Of a DNA stretch of 64,000 nucleotides, positions 1 through 13,900 are shown in pieces. The notes beneath the pieces are model-generated. The model was not told where the DNA came from, did not search any database, and was given only the letters and a program-made list of their open reading frames with translations. Every line of letters starts with the position of its first letter. Position 1 is the first letter of the stretch. The position numbers were made by a program, and so were the translations under genes. Source of the stretch: Welwitschia mirabilis (Eukaryota); contig JBOZIK010000001.1 of NCBI GenBank assembly GCA_051453625.1, positions 31,596,447 to 31,660,446 of the forward strand, in the 5' to 3' direction.

Positions 1-84
1 TTGTATTATGTGAGATATCTATTTATTTTATGAATGATAGAATCTTTTTAAACTTAAACACTTGCATAAATACATATTAGAATA
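1..84 (+). repeat. 3' end of the 5' LTR of element A
   Basis: 'gtgagatatctatttattttatgaatgatagaatc...' recurs at the other LTR ends and is followed directly by a PBS. Confidence 0.9.
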
Positions 85-87
85 AAT

Positions 88-105
88 TAGTGCCATTATC
101 AGGGA
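88..105 (+). promoter_or_regulatory. Primer-binding site, tRNA-Asp type (decayed)
   Basis: tagtgccattatcaggga vs Athila consensus tggcgccgttgccgggga. All six differences are G>A or C>T. Confidence 0.85.
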
Positions 106-689
106 AGACTATTAAGGAGTACAAGGGTTGTTATCATTCAAGTGAGTACACTAGATCTCTATTTTGTTATTTGTCTATGTGACATCATATTTTATTAGGA
201 GCTATAGGTTTTTTGTGTGCAGTTTTTTAGTTTTATTTTTTTTCAGTTTTAGTTTCTATAGAAAAATAGTGATCGTGCCNNNNNNNNNNNNNNNNNNNNN
301 NNNNNNNNNNNNNNNNNNNNNNNNNNNNNNNNNNNNNNNNNNNNNNNNNNNNNNNNNNNNNNNNNNNNNNNNNNNNNNNCTATAGAAAAATAGTGATTGT
401 GCCCTCTATCTTCCTCACAACATGAAAGACGATAGTCTGCCATTTTTTTGTTTTTCAGTTTTATTTTTGGATTTTATTTTTTCTATAATAAAATTATTCT
501 TTGTCATCTCTTGTGACATCCAATGACTAAGAGAATGATAGTTTTGTTTTCTAAGTTTTTTTGCTTTCTATTTTGGTTTTGGTTCTATTTATATTTTTTT
601 GGTTTTTATGTGTCATCCCTTTTATTACCCTCATGATAGACAAGATGATGATCTCTTATTTGTTATCTTGTTTTCCATTGATTGCTATT

Positions 690-3475
690 ACAAAATGCTG
701 TAATATACTCAATCTTGAGAAGAAATATAAAAAAGAAAGACTGCTGATAGAAAAGAACATTAAAGAAGGACTAATGAACATAGAAGACAAATTGGAAAAC
801 CAATCTCCAAGTGCACTTAAACCTTTTTCTAAATTTATTTTTTCAGAGTTAAATTTTCTTAATGAAAACCATATAGAAGGAGAGAATCAATTTACAATGT
901 CAAGTGCTTCCCATAAGCAAAAACAAGTTGTAGGATCTTCTATCCCTAATACAAAACTCATCCTTAAAGAATTATTAGCTAATAAAAAATGAGAGATTCA
1001 AAAAAATTTTATCTACCTCAGGACATGATGTTGAGTTTAAAAATTTACATGCCTATCCAATTTTTAGTGGAGAAAATAATGAAGATTCCTTTCAACACAT
1101 TGCAGAAATTAAATAACTAATCCTTACCTTGGGAAATGGGAAGAAAAAATAACTGATAGAATATATATGATAATCTTTTCCATGATATTAAAGGGTAGAG
1201 TAAAACTTTGGCTAAAAAATATACCCTAAAAAAGCTTAAAAACATGGGATCAAGTCTAGGAAACCTTTGTAAAAAGATTTATGAGTAAAGAAACTATGAG
1301 AAAAAGGAAAAGAAGGTAATAAACTTTCAATAAAAACCAAATGAAGATTATGCCTTTACTTATGAATGTTTCTTCATATCAATCCATTCTAATCTAATAG
1401 ATGATTTTTCAAAAATAGAACAAGTAGATTATTTTTATAATAGATTGACTCCCCACATGAAACAACTTTAGATTTATCTTGTGGTCAAAACCTCATACAC
1501 CTTACATTAGACGATGCTTGATCAAAATTAGAAGAACATGTGGATGTTAGTTAAATTTGATCAATAACTAAAGAAAATAAAACTATAGGCAAACTCATCA
1601 AAGACTTAAAAATGGTTAAACAAGAAAAAGAGATAGAAAAATATCCTACAAATCTCATGAAAAATTTTATAACAACCTTAAAAAAGTATGCTGAAATGAT
1701 TTTAGATTCCAAAACTAAAACAGAAAGGAATGATGTGCCAAATTGTGACTTATACAAGGATAATTATTATGTCACCAAAAACTATCCTCTTTAACCCACA
1801 TACAAAGAAAGAATTCATGAAGAAGTTTGTGCTTTTAATCAATCAACTTAAAACTTCAAAAATCAAAATTAGGCATAACATAGATTGAACACTCATTTTT
1901 AAAACATTCTCAACCTTCTATAAACCGATTTGAAAACCTAGACTCTCAACCAAAACCATCTAACTACTAACATCTAAATGATCTAATCACTAATCGTATG
2001 GATGAAATTGGAAGATCATGTAAAGAAATAAATGCCAATCTTAAAAACTTAATAAACGTCCTTCAACAAACAGTGCTAGCAAACCAAAGATCTCAAGGGA
2101 TATTAGCTACATAACCTTTACTAAACCCTAATGAATTAAAGAAATATTTTAAGGTTATGCAAAAAGTGAAAAAGAAATAAACCCTCCTCCATGTGAATCT
2201 TCCACCTCCCAAAATAACTTTATAAATGATGAAGAAGAAGAGGAAGAGGACATTGAAATATTAGAAAATTATAGCTTTCCTTCTCTTGATAAAAAGAAAA
2301 AGAAAAATCCTTCTATCCCTTGGCTTAATAGGCTTACTAAAAACTATACTTTCAATGAACATCTTAAAGCCTTGATTAAAAAAGTGAGAATAAGTATCCA
2401 TTTTTCAAAAATTTTGCAAGAAAATCTGGGGTACTTAAAATTATGGAAAGACTTAATAAGAAGAAAACAAAAATGAGTCATCCCTAGCAAAGTCTTTCTA
2501 GCTCAATCCCTCAAAAACTTAGTGTTACAAAATCACTCAAATTAAAGATTCAGAAGCAGCAATGGTAAATGTTACTTTATAGAAAAACCAAAAGATTAGA
2601 AAACCTTTCATAGACATTGGAACAAGTGTTAAAATTATGCCGCTTCACATTTGTAAGAGACTTGATTTGGAGGATACCCTAGAGCCTACTCCAGTTGTCT
2701 TAGAATTAGTAGATACATCAGTTAAGAAACTATTAGGCATCATTGAAGATTTAGTAATTTAAATTGAAGAGGCTTGCTATCCTATAGATGTGATTATCAT
2801 ATAAGCTGAGCATAACAGAGGATACCCTTTACTTATAGGTAGAGCCTTTTATGCAATAGCCACTACATCATTGATACAAGAGCAGGAACAATGAAATGTC
2901 ATTTTAGAAATAGAATGTTTCCATTAGATTCTTTGATGTAGCTAAGAAATATTTATGTGATGAAATAAAATTTGAAAATAACATCAAACCCACTTTAATT
3001 TTACAATATTAATCACTTGAAGAAAGAGAGATAAAATCAAATGAACATGTGATTTGTGATGACCAACTTAAGAATGAAGAAGAAATAAAATATTTAGGTT
3101 GTAAGAAAGTCCAACTTTTCAAGAAATATTATGAGAGAAATTGTTCATTACATAATCCATAAATTGAAAATCATAATTTAAATTTTGATAAGATAAATGT
3201 TTTTAATGGAATTAGATATTAATTTCTTTGTAATGTTCAAAATAAAACTTTTTCATTCCATGAAAATCTTTTAGCAAAGTTATGATTTCTCTCCCCTTTA
3301 ACTTTTAAAATTTTTTCTTTAATGTGATATCATAGAATGCTCTCCATTACCCCTCTCTTCATCCAATTGATTTTACTTGAAAATAATTACACATCTGTTA
3401 TGTTTTATCAATTGGTAAATTTCTAGTTTGGACCTTATTTCTGTTAAAATCTTGAGACCAAAATAGATCCTTAAT
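690..3475 (+). pseudogene. Degenerate gag-aspartic protease polyprotein of element A
   Basis: Retrotrans_gag-like stretch (~1170-1450), zinc-knuckle remnant 'CDLYKDNYYVTKNYP' (~1745) and protease motif 'KPFIDIGTSVKIMPL' (2601-2645) followed by 'LELVDTSVKK' and 'LLIGRAF'. Many stops and frameshifts. Confidence 0.85.
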
Positions 3476-4066
3476 TTTTCCTTCTTTCTTTCCAATAAAA
3501 GTGTGCTTTAGATTTAGTAATTGAATAAAACTTTATTTGCCTTAATATTTTTTTTTAGTTTTTTATTTTGAGAATCTCTATTTTTATTTTCTGTTTTCAG
3601 TTTTTGTTTTTATTTGTATTTTTTACTTTCTATTTATAAAATAATAATCTGTTATCTCCTTTGTCATTCTTACAACAAGGTGTATGATAGTAAATTTTGT
3701 TAATTTTTTTACTTTTTTATATTTGTCTATGTTTTCTGATATTTTTGTATTTTTTGCCTCTATTGTTCTCTCTGTTATCTCAATGATGATCAGAATGACA
3801 GTCAACAAAATGTTGATTTTTATTTTGTATTATTTTGAAAAATACATCTTTATGACTCTACTAAGATTTTTGACTTAACTGATTAATAATTTTAGGAATT
3901 TGATGGGCAAAATTTGGAATTTTATGAGCAAACCATTTAAATTTTCTCTTAGTTTTTTCCTTTGAANNNNNNNNNNNNNNNNNNNNNNNNNNNNNNNNNN
4001 NNNNNNNNNNNNNNNNNNNNNNNNNNNNNNNNNNNNNNNNNNNNNNNNNNNNNNNNNNNNNNNNNN

Positions 4067-4780
4067 CAAATAGAAGAGGCTTGCTACCCAATAGATGTGG
4101 TTATCATAGAAGTTAAGCATAACAGAGGATACTCTTTACTTCTAAAATGAGCCTTTTGTATAATAGCCCACAGTATCATTGATACAAGAGTAGGAACAAT
4201 GAAATTTCACTTTGAAAATAGAACTTTTACAATTAGAGTCTTTGATGTAGATGAAAAGGTTTTCTATGATGATGAAATAAACATTGAAAGCAACATCAAA
4301 CCAACCTTGCAACATTACCCACTTAAAAAAAGGGAGATGAAATTACATGATCATGTGCTCTATGATGACCAACTTAAGAATGAAGAAGAAATAAAATCTT
4401 TAGAGTCTAAGGAAGTCTAACTTTCAAAGTCACACCTTGAGGGAGATTTTCTATTACATAAGCCAAAAATTGAAAATCATAATATGAATTTGGATGAGAA
4501 AAATATTTTTAATGGACTTGAACATAATTGTCCTTGTAATGTTCAAAATAAAACTCTTGTGATGAATGGGAATCTTTTACTAAAGTTACCATTTCTCTTC
4601 CCTTTAACTTCCAAAATTTGTACTTTAATGTGTATCATGGAGTGTTATCCATTATCCCTCTCTTTGTCTAATTGATTTTACTTGGAAATAATTGTACATC
4701 TATTATGTTTTATCAATTGATGAATTTTTGGTTTAGACCTTATTTCTCTATACATTTTGAAACCAAAATAGGTCCTTGGC
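4067..4780 (+). pseudogene. Second, diverged copy of the protease C-terminus and post-protease tail
   Basis: 'QIEEACYPIDVVIIEVKHNRGYSLLL' and 'MKFHFENRTFTIRVFDV' parallel 2760-3475. The copy begins immediately after a ~100-N gap. Confidence 0.8.
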
Positions 4781-5568
4781 TTTTCTTTTTTCTTTTTCAA
4801 ATAAAAGTGTGAGTTAGATTTTTAGTTTTTTAATAAAATTTTCTTATCTTATTATTTTTTTCAGCTTTTTATTTTAATAGTTTTTAATTTCATTTTCTAT
4901 TTTTAGTTTTTGTTTTTGTTTGTAGTCTGTAATTTTGATTTCTGTTATAATAACATGTCGTCTTCTCTGTCCTCTTCATGATAAGATGGACAACCATCAG
5001 TTTCATAAGTTTTTCTAACTTTTTGTTAATTTTTTATCTTTTTTTGATAATTCTCTATTTCTCTATCTCTGTCATCCTCTATATCATCTAGACAACTAAC
5101 AGGACGACAGTCAATAAAATATTGATTTTTGTTTTCTATTTTTTTGAGAAAATACATTTTTATGATTCTATTAAGATTTTTTACTTGGTTGCTTAAGAAG
5201 TTTAGGATGTTAATGGATGAAAATATAGAATTACATAAGTAAACTATCTAAATTTTCTTCTAGCTTTTTTCTTTAGAGGTCATTATGGCATTACTTGATT
5301 ATCTTTTAAACTTGACTTATGTATTTGTTCTATTGCTAGTCTTTTGAATAGGGAATTTTAGTGGTAAGATTGTATTCATCCAATCTTAGGAATTCACATG
5401 TTCATGAACTTTAGTTTGAATGAAAATNNNNNNNNNNGCTTTATTTTTGATGTTTTTCTCAATAGTAAAATGATCTTAGATTATTTAAGAATTTTTTTTG
5501 TCTTAATCTCACAACTTTTACCTTTATCTTTTGGAGTGTTTAGTTATATGGAATGTTGTATTTTCATT

Positions 5569-5613
5569 AAGAAAAAGAAAAGAAAAAAGAAAAAGAAAAA
5601 GAAAAAGAAAAAG
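5569..5613 (+). repeat. (AAAAAG)n purine-rich simple repeat in the element 3' non-coding region
   Basis: Directly visible. A homologous A-rich tract lies at 15972-16030. Confidence 0.85.
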
Positions 5614-6777
5614 AGAGGAATGAAATAAAGACCATGATATTTTATTTGTGCTATCTCAAAAACATGGTCACCATTATGTCCTAATACAAGTACACTAGGG
5701 TAAATATTTCTAAAATAAGCTTTTGGCAATGTAATATGGTAGCTATGGGAACTCCACTGGGAGGTCAATTGGCCATGCTTCATAGGTTCTTACTTCTCTA
5801 ACTATGGTTGCACTTCCCTCATCATGAATAATAAAGTTGTAATAACTTTAAGGCTATGGGATCAGTGGTGTTCCTAGTATCATCAGGAACATTACTTATT
5901 TTCTCAACTCTTATTCCTTCCACATGCTCCTTGCATTTCTTGATATTTAGGTGTTCATTTTGAAATGATGTCAAGAGAGTTTATTTTTGAGTAATTCTTT
6001 GGTCTGACCATCTATTGTTTAAAACATTTCTTTCTAGCATCGTTATAATCACTGCCTTATCAAATAGAATTTTTGTACATTAATTCATGCATTTTTACAT
6101 GAAGTGATGTTATGATTTCTTTTATGAGAGTCTTCTATGTTAAGATGTCAAATAAGTGAGCTATTTTTTATTTATATTATTTCATGTCCATTATTCCTAT
6201 TTTCTTTTGTGATTTGATTAGTTATTTCAAAGTCATTACCATATCTTCTTATGTTTTCCTTATTTAGTTTTTAATAAAAGTTGAATTCTTGTTTAGTTGA
6301 GTTTTATTAATAAATTTTATAATTTTTTGGGTTTTTAGGGCTGCTCATATTCATTTTATAATGAAACATCTTCATTTTCCACTTTTACTTTATTTCCTAT
6401 GTCTATATTTCTCAAATCTAACAGTACTTAGCTTTGCACTTTGTTTTAAAAATTATCCTCATTCTCACCATTCTTTATCTATCTTCTCGCTCCTAGTTAT
6501 TTTCTTCGCTTTATTTTTCAATATGGGATGTAGTACTTTTTATTTGGGGGGAGGAGGATAAAGACCCATTTTCATGGCTTATTTTTCAAAAAATTTTAAG
6601 TTAATTTAGAATTTTCATGAAATAAAATTTTCAAATTTCCATATATATTATGCATTACTTGTTATTTATCCATGCGATGTGTTTTATGAGCCTATTTTAT
6701 AATTTCCAGATGTATATTTTAAAAAACAAATTTACTTGCAATTATGGCTTTTCACCTGGTTTTTGTTAGAGACTGAC

Positions 6778-6796
6778 AAAGGCTAATGGGGGGCTA
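6778..6796 (+). promoter_or_regulatory. Polypurine tract of element A
   Basis: aaaggctaatggggggcta lies immediately before the LTR start tgttatgctac. The same arrangement occurs at 26353-26372 and 29335-29353. Confidence 0.8.
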
Positions 6797-8497
6797 TGTT
6801 ATGCTACTAATTTATGGTTATTTGATGGGGTTTTATGAGTTGTTTTATAATACTTTTATACAGGTTTAGGTGCAATTCTAAGGATTTTTGAGATTCAATA
6901 GGAAATCTCAGAAATGTGTGAATCTTACCCAGATTTAATGTATTAAAGGCACATTCTGATGCACATAGCTTTGGAGAAAGATTATTGATAAAAATGCTAA
7001 GTTTATCCTCAAGAAAATGATTAAAGAAGACCCTCGTCCTATTCATCATCCCCACGATAAGAAGGATGACAATTGCTCATGTGGATTACTGAATCACTAC
7101 TGAGTTATCATTCTCAGTCATCTTTTATAATATGCTATTATCTTCCATGTTTTCCGAATGATACTAATATGTAACCAACTCTGATAATGACTTCTAACCG
7201 TTTTGTCCATTTTATTTATGAGCGCACTTAGCTATCTTTTTTTGCTATGAGTTGTTATAAATAAATCCTCCTTCAACTCTCCTTGTCATCTTCATTGCAC
7301 TAGTAATTCTTATNNNNNNNNNNNNNNNNNNNNNNNNNNNNNNNNNNNNNNNNNNNNNNNNNNNNNNNNNNNNNNNNNNNNNNNNNNNNNNNNNNNNNNN
7401 NNNNNNNNNNNNNTTATGGTTATTTGATGGGGTTTTATGAGTTGTTTTGTAGGACTTTTACAAAGGTTTAGATGCAATTCTAAGGATTTTGGAGATATAA
7501 TTGAAAATCTTAAAAACATAGAAGTATTACCTAGATTGGATGCATTTAAGGCACATCCTAATGCATAAGGCTTTGAAGGAAGATTACTGACAAAAATGAT
7601 AAGTTTTTGCTTAAGAAAGTGATTAAGAAGACCATCGCCCCCTCCATCATCTGGATGACAAACAGGACAATGATACTATTCACTACTAATGTGGACACTA
7701 AATTGACTGTTAAATTTCTTGATAAGTTATCTTTGTAATGAGTTGTTATTCCCATCATCGTCAGGATGACAACCAAGACAAAACTGACATGTAATTGACT
7801 CTGACAGCCAACCTTTAATCATTTTATCCGTTTCATCTATGTAAATGATCATGCCTATCCATGACTTTTATTTGTCATTTTTTGTTGTATGTTATTATAA
7901 ATAACTCCTGCTTTGACTCTTATCTTAATCTTCATTGCACTAGAAATTCTTGTGATAAGAGATCGAAGAATGGGAGATTCATCTTTAATGTTGTAAAAAG
8001 TTGTGCACTTGGTGGAGGGCTATGTATCCTCCATTAAGACCTAGCTATTTTGTAACCAAGATGCTTGTTACTATTTAATACAAAAAACCTTGTTTTATTT
8101 TTATGTTTGCATTGTAAATTTTTTAATAACCTTTATAGTCCATGTTGCTCTTAATCTGGTGGCAATTTTTTGGTGGTATAGATTATCAAGGGTAATCTTT
8201 GTCAAGACTAAAAGCAAGTAGTGTTAGTTCATTTTGCATTTATCTATATTAGTTACACTTTGTATCTACATTGAATATCTTTATTTCCCATATTGTTATT
8301 TATTTTTGGTTCTATATTCCATTTTGCAAAGTAATTCGCGTCTTGTCTCATNNNNNNNNNNGTATTCAACATGAATAGGAAATTTTGGGTCTACTCCCAC
8401 TCATACTAGTATGCTATATTGTGTGAGATATCTATTTATTTTATGAATAATAGAATCCTTTTGAAGTTAAGTACTTGCACAAATATACACCATAATA
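6797..8497 (+). repeat. 3' LTR of element A (its 5' half appears twice, either side of the 7314-7413 gap)
   Basis: Starts TGTT after the PPT and ends ...caccataata (decayed ...aca). Homologous to 19135-20220. Confidence 0.85.
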
Positions 8498-10460
8498 ATA
8501 ACATATAAAAAGAAATATAATCTTTAAAATAAAATAAATATACATCATGCTGAAACTCAAAATAAGATGTATATACATAAAGCATGAGTTTTAAGTACAA
8601 AATATATAGAGGAAAAGATATAAAATATGACATAACAGGTCACTCCCCTTCTCACCTTATGATAAATGAAAAATGGATAGTAAGCTCATGTGTAGAAGGA
8701 GAAGAAAAAGGGTGCTTAGTGTCTACAAGGAAATGAAGATCTAATGATGTGGAGATAGATCAAACTATCTCATCTCCCTACACTTGAATGACCCTTAGGA
8801 GGTCAACTCTCACACTCTACTCAATAGATATGATGCACTAACGTACATCCATTAGCTAGGACTTAGAGTTGCACTCTCTTCTCAATTATTTAAATCCTCT
8901 ACTTAAGTGTTTGGATCCTCTGATTAAGTGTTAAAATACTCCTATTAATGAAACCCTTAATGGTTTTAGTTATCTCTTCTAGGAGGGCCTAGATCTGCTT
9001 TAATGATACTTGAACTACAGGTCTCTAAACCTTGGGTCTTTCTATTTATTCTAATATTAGTTTATCTATGTTCTATAAATAGTGAAATGAAGTCTAAATA
9101 TGAGTAAGGCACTACTCATCTATGGGCTCTAGTATCCCGAATCATTGAAACATGGCTAAGAGGAGGCATGAATATCCTAAATTATGTAACTGCCATGCCT
9201 CAACCATGAACCTGAGTTTCCTCTATATAAAAGTAGATAATTTCATCTACTCGTTTTTTCCTAAATGCTTCCAATATCTACAGATATGTTATTATGGTAT
9301 AACTATCATGAAAATATGAGTTGATGTTATGAGTTAGTCCTTTGTATAAAACTTTATAGGTACGAGTCAACTATATCACAAGAACACCCTGCCTATCCAA
9401 TATCAAATCTGCTAAAATGTATAATGATATGTCACATGTATGATGATCCTCAGTTTTACTAGTAGAATATATATGTAGACTACTAATACCACCTAAATCT
9501 ATCACTGTCATTTGGGAGAATGATTTCATAATCCTAAATCAAAGCTACAATCATATCCACTATGTGACCATGAAAATGAGGCTATCACTCCATATGCATA
9601 GTGTCATAGAACTCATTGGTCTCTAAAACATAATATCCCTAATGTACATCCAAAATCTAATGGATTTATAGATCAATGAACCTTTGATTTACCTCCAACT
9701 CCAACCAACTCATAAAATCTCTGAAATGTCTCTTAACATGAATAGTGAAAATTTGAATCATAAGCAATCTTCCATGTGGAGGTAAGGGATGCATGAGCTC
9801 TGCACACTCTACTACTAGCTGTACTAATGGTCTCACCTCCTACTCTATAATTTTTTCCTCAACATTAGCATATCTAGATCTACATATATGAGGCTTACTC
9901 GATAATATGTAAAAAGTTATGTGAAATCTAATAGATCCCAAAATTAATTTAAAAAACGTAAAACATTATCAAAATACATCCTGATTCTTCTAAAAGTATC
10001 AATATATCCTATATTGCTTAGTCATGAGTAGAAAATTTTGAAATGCATGAAAAGTATAAAAATAGGTTTTTTAGTGAGATCCACATAAGGTGAAAATTCA
10101 AAATGCTCAAATGAAAAACCTAATCTTTTAGAAATGTAGAACACATCAAACTAATTAATTTACCTTAAAGAATCACTACATTTCAACTTACAGTTTATGA
10201 GAAATCAAGTGTGAAAAGTAAAAAGCCAAGTTTATCTTATAAAATGAACAAATAAATATATCTTTCAAAATATAGGGCAAAAATCAGATCCATAAGTTTT
10301 CAATCGAACAACATAAAAAATGATTAATTTACATGAAAACTATGCATTAAAATATTAAGAAATGAAAGAAAAAATTGAAAAAGATGAGGGAAATAAAAAT
10401 GTGCCTCATTTTTAAAAAATCACTAGAATCTGAGAAATTGATGAGTGAATCTAAGTAGGA
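8498..10460 (-). pseudogene. Minus-strand fragment of an Athila env-like ORF plus upstream non-coding region, related to element C
   Basis: The reverse complement of 8680-8736 (catttccttgtagacactaagcaccc...ctacacatgagcttact) matches 28720-28776. The reverse complement of ~10300-10450 resembles 18350-18520. Confidence 0.7.
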
Positions 10461-10755
10461 TAAACCAAGTTTAAGGAGTCTTTATAAAAATATTTATGAG
10501 TAAAACAACTATTAACAAAAGAAAGAAAGAGGTAAAAAATTTCCAACAATAACCTAATAAAGATTATGCCTCCACTTATGAATGATTCTTTATTGCAATT
10601 CATTCTATAATTCCATTGATACTTTCACTTAAGAAGAATTAGAAGGCTATTTCTATAGTAGACTTAATAGCCAAAATAAATAACTTGTATATTTTTCATG
10701 TGAAGGAAATTTAATGAATCTTATATTAGAAAATGCATGGAGTTATTGGAAGAAC
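10461..10755 (+). pseudogene. gag fragment
   Basis: Parallels 11265-11555 and 1250-1540 ('...FMSKTTINKRKKEVKNFQQ..DYASTYE'). Confidence 0.75.
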
Positions 10756-10859
10756 NNNNNNNNNNNNNNNNNNNNNNNNNNNNNNNNNNNNNNNNNNNNN
10801 NNNNNNNNNNNNNNNNNNNNNNNNNNNNNNNNNNNNNNNNNNNNNNNNNNNNNNNTTTT

Positions 10860-10899
<40 letters not shown>

Positions 10900-10902
<3 letters not shown>

Positions 10903-13900
10903 AACAAGTTGCTTCGCCTAATTTCCCTATCATGGTTAAAACTTCTATCAACCCTGTAAATACAGATACTAATATCTCCTTTAAAGAACTAATTGCAAAT
11001 AAGAAATGTGAAATACAAAATCCTTTTGATCTACTTCTGGGTGATGATGTCAAGTTAAGAAATTTAAATGCTTATCCTAGTTTGATGGAGAAAATGATGA
11101 AGATCCCCTCCAAAATATAGCCAACGTCAAACAATTAGTGCTTGCTTCTAGAAATGGTAAAAAGTAAATTAATGATCATACTTACATGGTTATTTTTCCC
11201 ATTACTTTAAAAGGAAAAGCAAAATTATGGTTAAGAACTATTGAACATAAAAGCTTAAAGATATGGAACCAAGTTCAAGAAGCATTTATAAAATGATTAT
11301 GAGTAAAACAACAATAAGAAAAAGAAAGAAAGAAATAATAAATTTCCAATAACAACCTAATGAAGATTATGGCTCCATTTAAAAACAATTTTTCATTGCA
11401 AGACATTCTAATCCTATAGATGTATTTACTCAAGAAGGATTAGTAGATTATTTCTATAGTAAAGTTAATAGTCAAATCAAACAACTTGTAAATTTCTCAT
11501 ATGGGGAAAATTTAATGAATCTCACATTAGAAAATGCATGAAGATTATTAAAAGAACTAGTAGAAGTAAGCCAAACATGGCCTAAACCAACACCTAAAGA
11601 AAATTGTACTATAGGCCAAATCATAACAGATTTTAAAGAAGTAAAGTAAGAAAAGAAGGAAGTAAAAACAAAAAAAAACCAATAAATGTAATTAATGATT
11701 TTATAATAACTTAGAAAAATACACTCAAATGATTTTATATGCAAAAGTAATAATTGAAAACAATGTCGTTCTAACTTATGATTTGTGTAAAGATAACTAT
11801 CATGTGACTAAAGAATGTCCTTTATTGCTAACTTCCAAAGAGAAAATTTATGAAGAAGTATGTTCTTTTAATTAAAAGTCTTTAAAATTTAGAAATCAAA
11901 ATTAAAATCAAAATCAATTTAAACATAGGATAAATGGACAACCTAACTTTTAATATTTTGAAAACAAATTCAAGAACTTTTAACCAAATTATCCAAATTT
12001 CCAACCATTTAAGAAAAGATTTTAGAATGCAAACTTTCAAACAAATAATTCAAACTTCCAATTAAGTAGCTTAAATTATCAAGAAATCATATCAAAGTCA
12101 CAAAAATAAAGTGATCCACTTAGAAATTCCCTTGATGAATTAATAAAATCTTAAGTAAAAAAAAATTCAAAAATTAAAAATATAGTGAATGTTCTTCAAT
12201 AAACTATGTTTGCAAATCAAATATCATAAGGATTAATTGTAATACAACCTTTCCCAAATCCTAAAGAAGTAAGAAACGATTGTAAGGTTATGACAAAAAG
12301 TGGAAATAAAACAATACCTCCTACTCATAAGACTTTAACTTTTCAAAATAATAAGAAAAATGAAGAAAAACAAGAGGATGTTGAAATATTAGAAAATCAT
12401 ACTTTCCTTTATCCTTTAAGTAATAAGCTTAAAAAGAAAAATTATTCACAAGATAAAGGTAAGAAATCTATTATTCCTTGACTTAATATATTAAATATCA
12501 ATTCTACCTTTGATGATTATTTTAAAGTTTTAATGTAAGATGTGAGAATAAATTTACCATTTTGGAAACTCTTATAAGAAAGTCCTAAATATTTTAAGTT
12601 ATGAAAAGATCTAATTAGGAGGAAATAAAAACAAACCATACCTAGTAAAGTCTTCCTAGCCCAATGTATAACTAACCTAGTTTTGTAAAAATGTTCAAAA
12701 TTTAAGGATTTGAGCATAATAATAGTTAGTGTCATATTGGAAGGAGATAAAAAATAAATAAATCCATAATTGATATAAGAGAGAGTGTCAGAATTATGCC
12801 TTTATACATTTGTTAATGAATTAGTTTGAAAAGTAGAATTGAGCCTACATATATTATCTTAGATTTGGCAGATACATCAGTGAAGAAACTTTTGGGAGTA
12901 ATAAAAGATTTAATGATTTAAATTAAGAAAGAATTCTATTCAATAGATTTGGTTTTAATTGAAGTTGAGCATCATGGAGGTTATTTTCCACTTATAGGTA
13001 GAGAATTTAATGCAACAATCCATCATATTCTTAATATAAGAACTAGAATAATGATGTGTTACTTTGGAAATAAAAAAATTACCATTACAATTTTTGATGC
13101 TGCTAAAAAGATAAGGTAATGAGTGAAATGTAAAGGAAGAAATTATGCCAACATTATTTTTATAGCATCATCCACTTGAAGAGAGATAATTAATGATTTA
13201 GAAGCCTACCTTTTATGATGATCCATTTGAAGTAGAAAACTTAAAAGCCTTTGATGATGATGAACTCAACTATGAGCATTTAGGAATTGACTGCTTTAAT
13301 TAGAAGAGTTAATAAACTAAAATTGTAATCAGTGTAGAAGTTCAACATCTAAAAACAACTAAGATTTCATATTGTAAGGGAGGTAATCCATCCATATCAT
13401 CTGGATGATAGTCTAAGATGACAATAAATTTCGATTAAAAATTAATAGAAACTAAAAATCTAAATTTAAATATAAAACTTTTCCTAGTGGACTGAATATA
13501 TATTTTTATGTAATGATTTAAATAAATGTTTAATAATAAATAATAATATTTCCCCTTAATAAGAATAGATTTTAATCTCACTTTTGACATCTAAGGTTAA
13601 TGCATTTACTTAGACCCATAAAGATTTAGTAGTCATTTTTACTTTCATTGTTCAATATAAAATCTACCTTGATAATAATGCAAAATCTATTAGGCAATCC
13701 TAGCATAAAATAAATCCATCCCTTAAACAAGTTGAAAAAATGAAATCATTAAATTAATTAATGCTAGATTTATTTATGCCATATCTGAGAGTAAGTGGAT
13801 TAACTCTTTGATGGTACTACCTAAGAAAAAAGGAAAGTGGAGAATGCATATTAATTTTAAAAATCTAGATGAAGCAATAAATAAAGACCATTGCCCTTTA

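Larger units (their letters stand above)
1..8497 (+). mobile_element. Element A: non-autonomous Athila-type Ty3/Gypsy LTR retrotransposon (gag-protease only), 5' LTR mostly outside the window
   Basis: LTR tail 1-84 matches 8415-8497, 20140-20220 and 27695-27777. The order is PBS at 88, degenerate gag and aspartic protease, PPT at 6778-6796, then the 3' LTR. No RT/RH/IN core motifs were seen. It is probably chimeric across the gaps at 3966 and 7314. Confidence 0.85.

Noticed and set aside
561..992. 143-aa ORF with a hydrophobic N-terminus resembling a signal peptide or membrane protein
   Set aside because: The hydrophobic part is translation of the T-rich 5' UTR. The remainder is the gag N-terminus shared with 21051-21338 and 33540-33880.
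10868..10900. Poly(A) run suggesting a retrocopy tail
   Set aside because: It lies next to a gap within gag-homologous sequence, so it is probably an expanded A-tract or a sequencing artefact.
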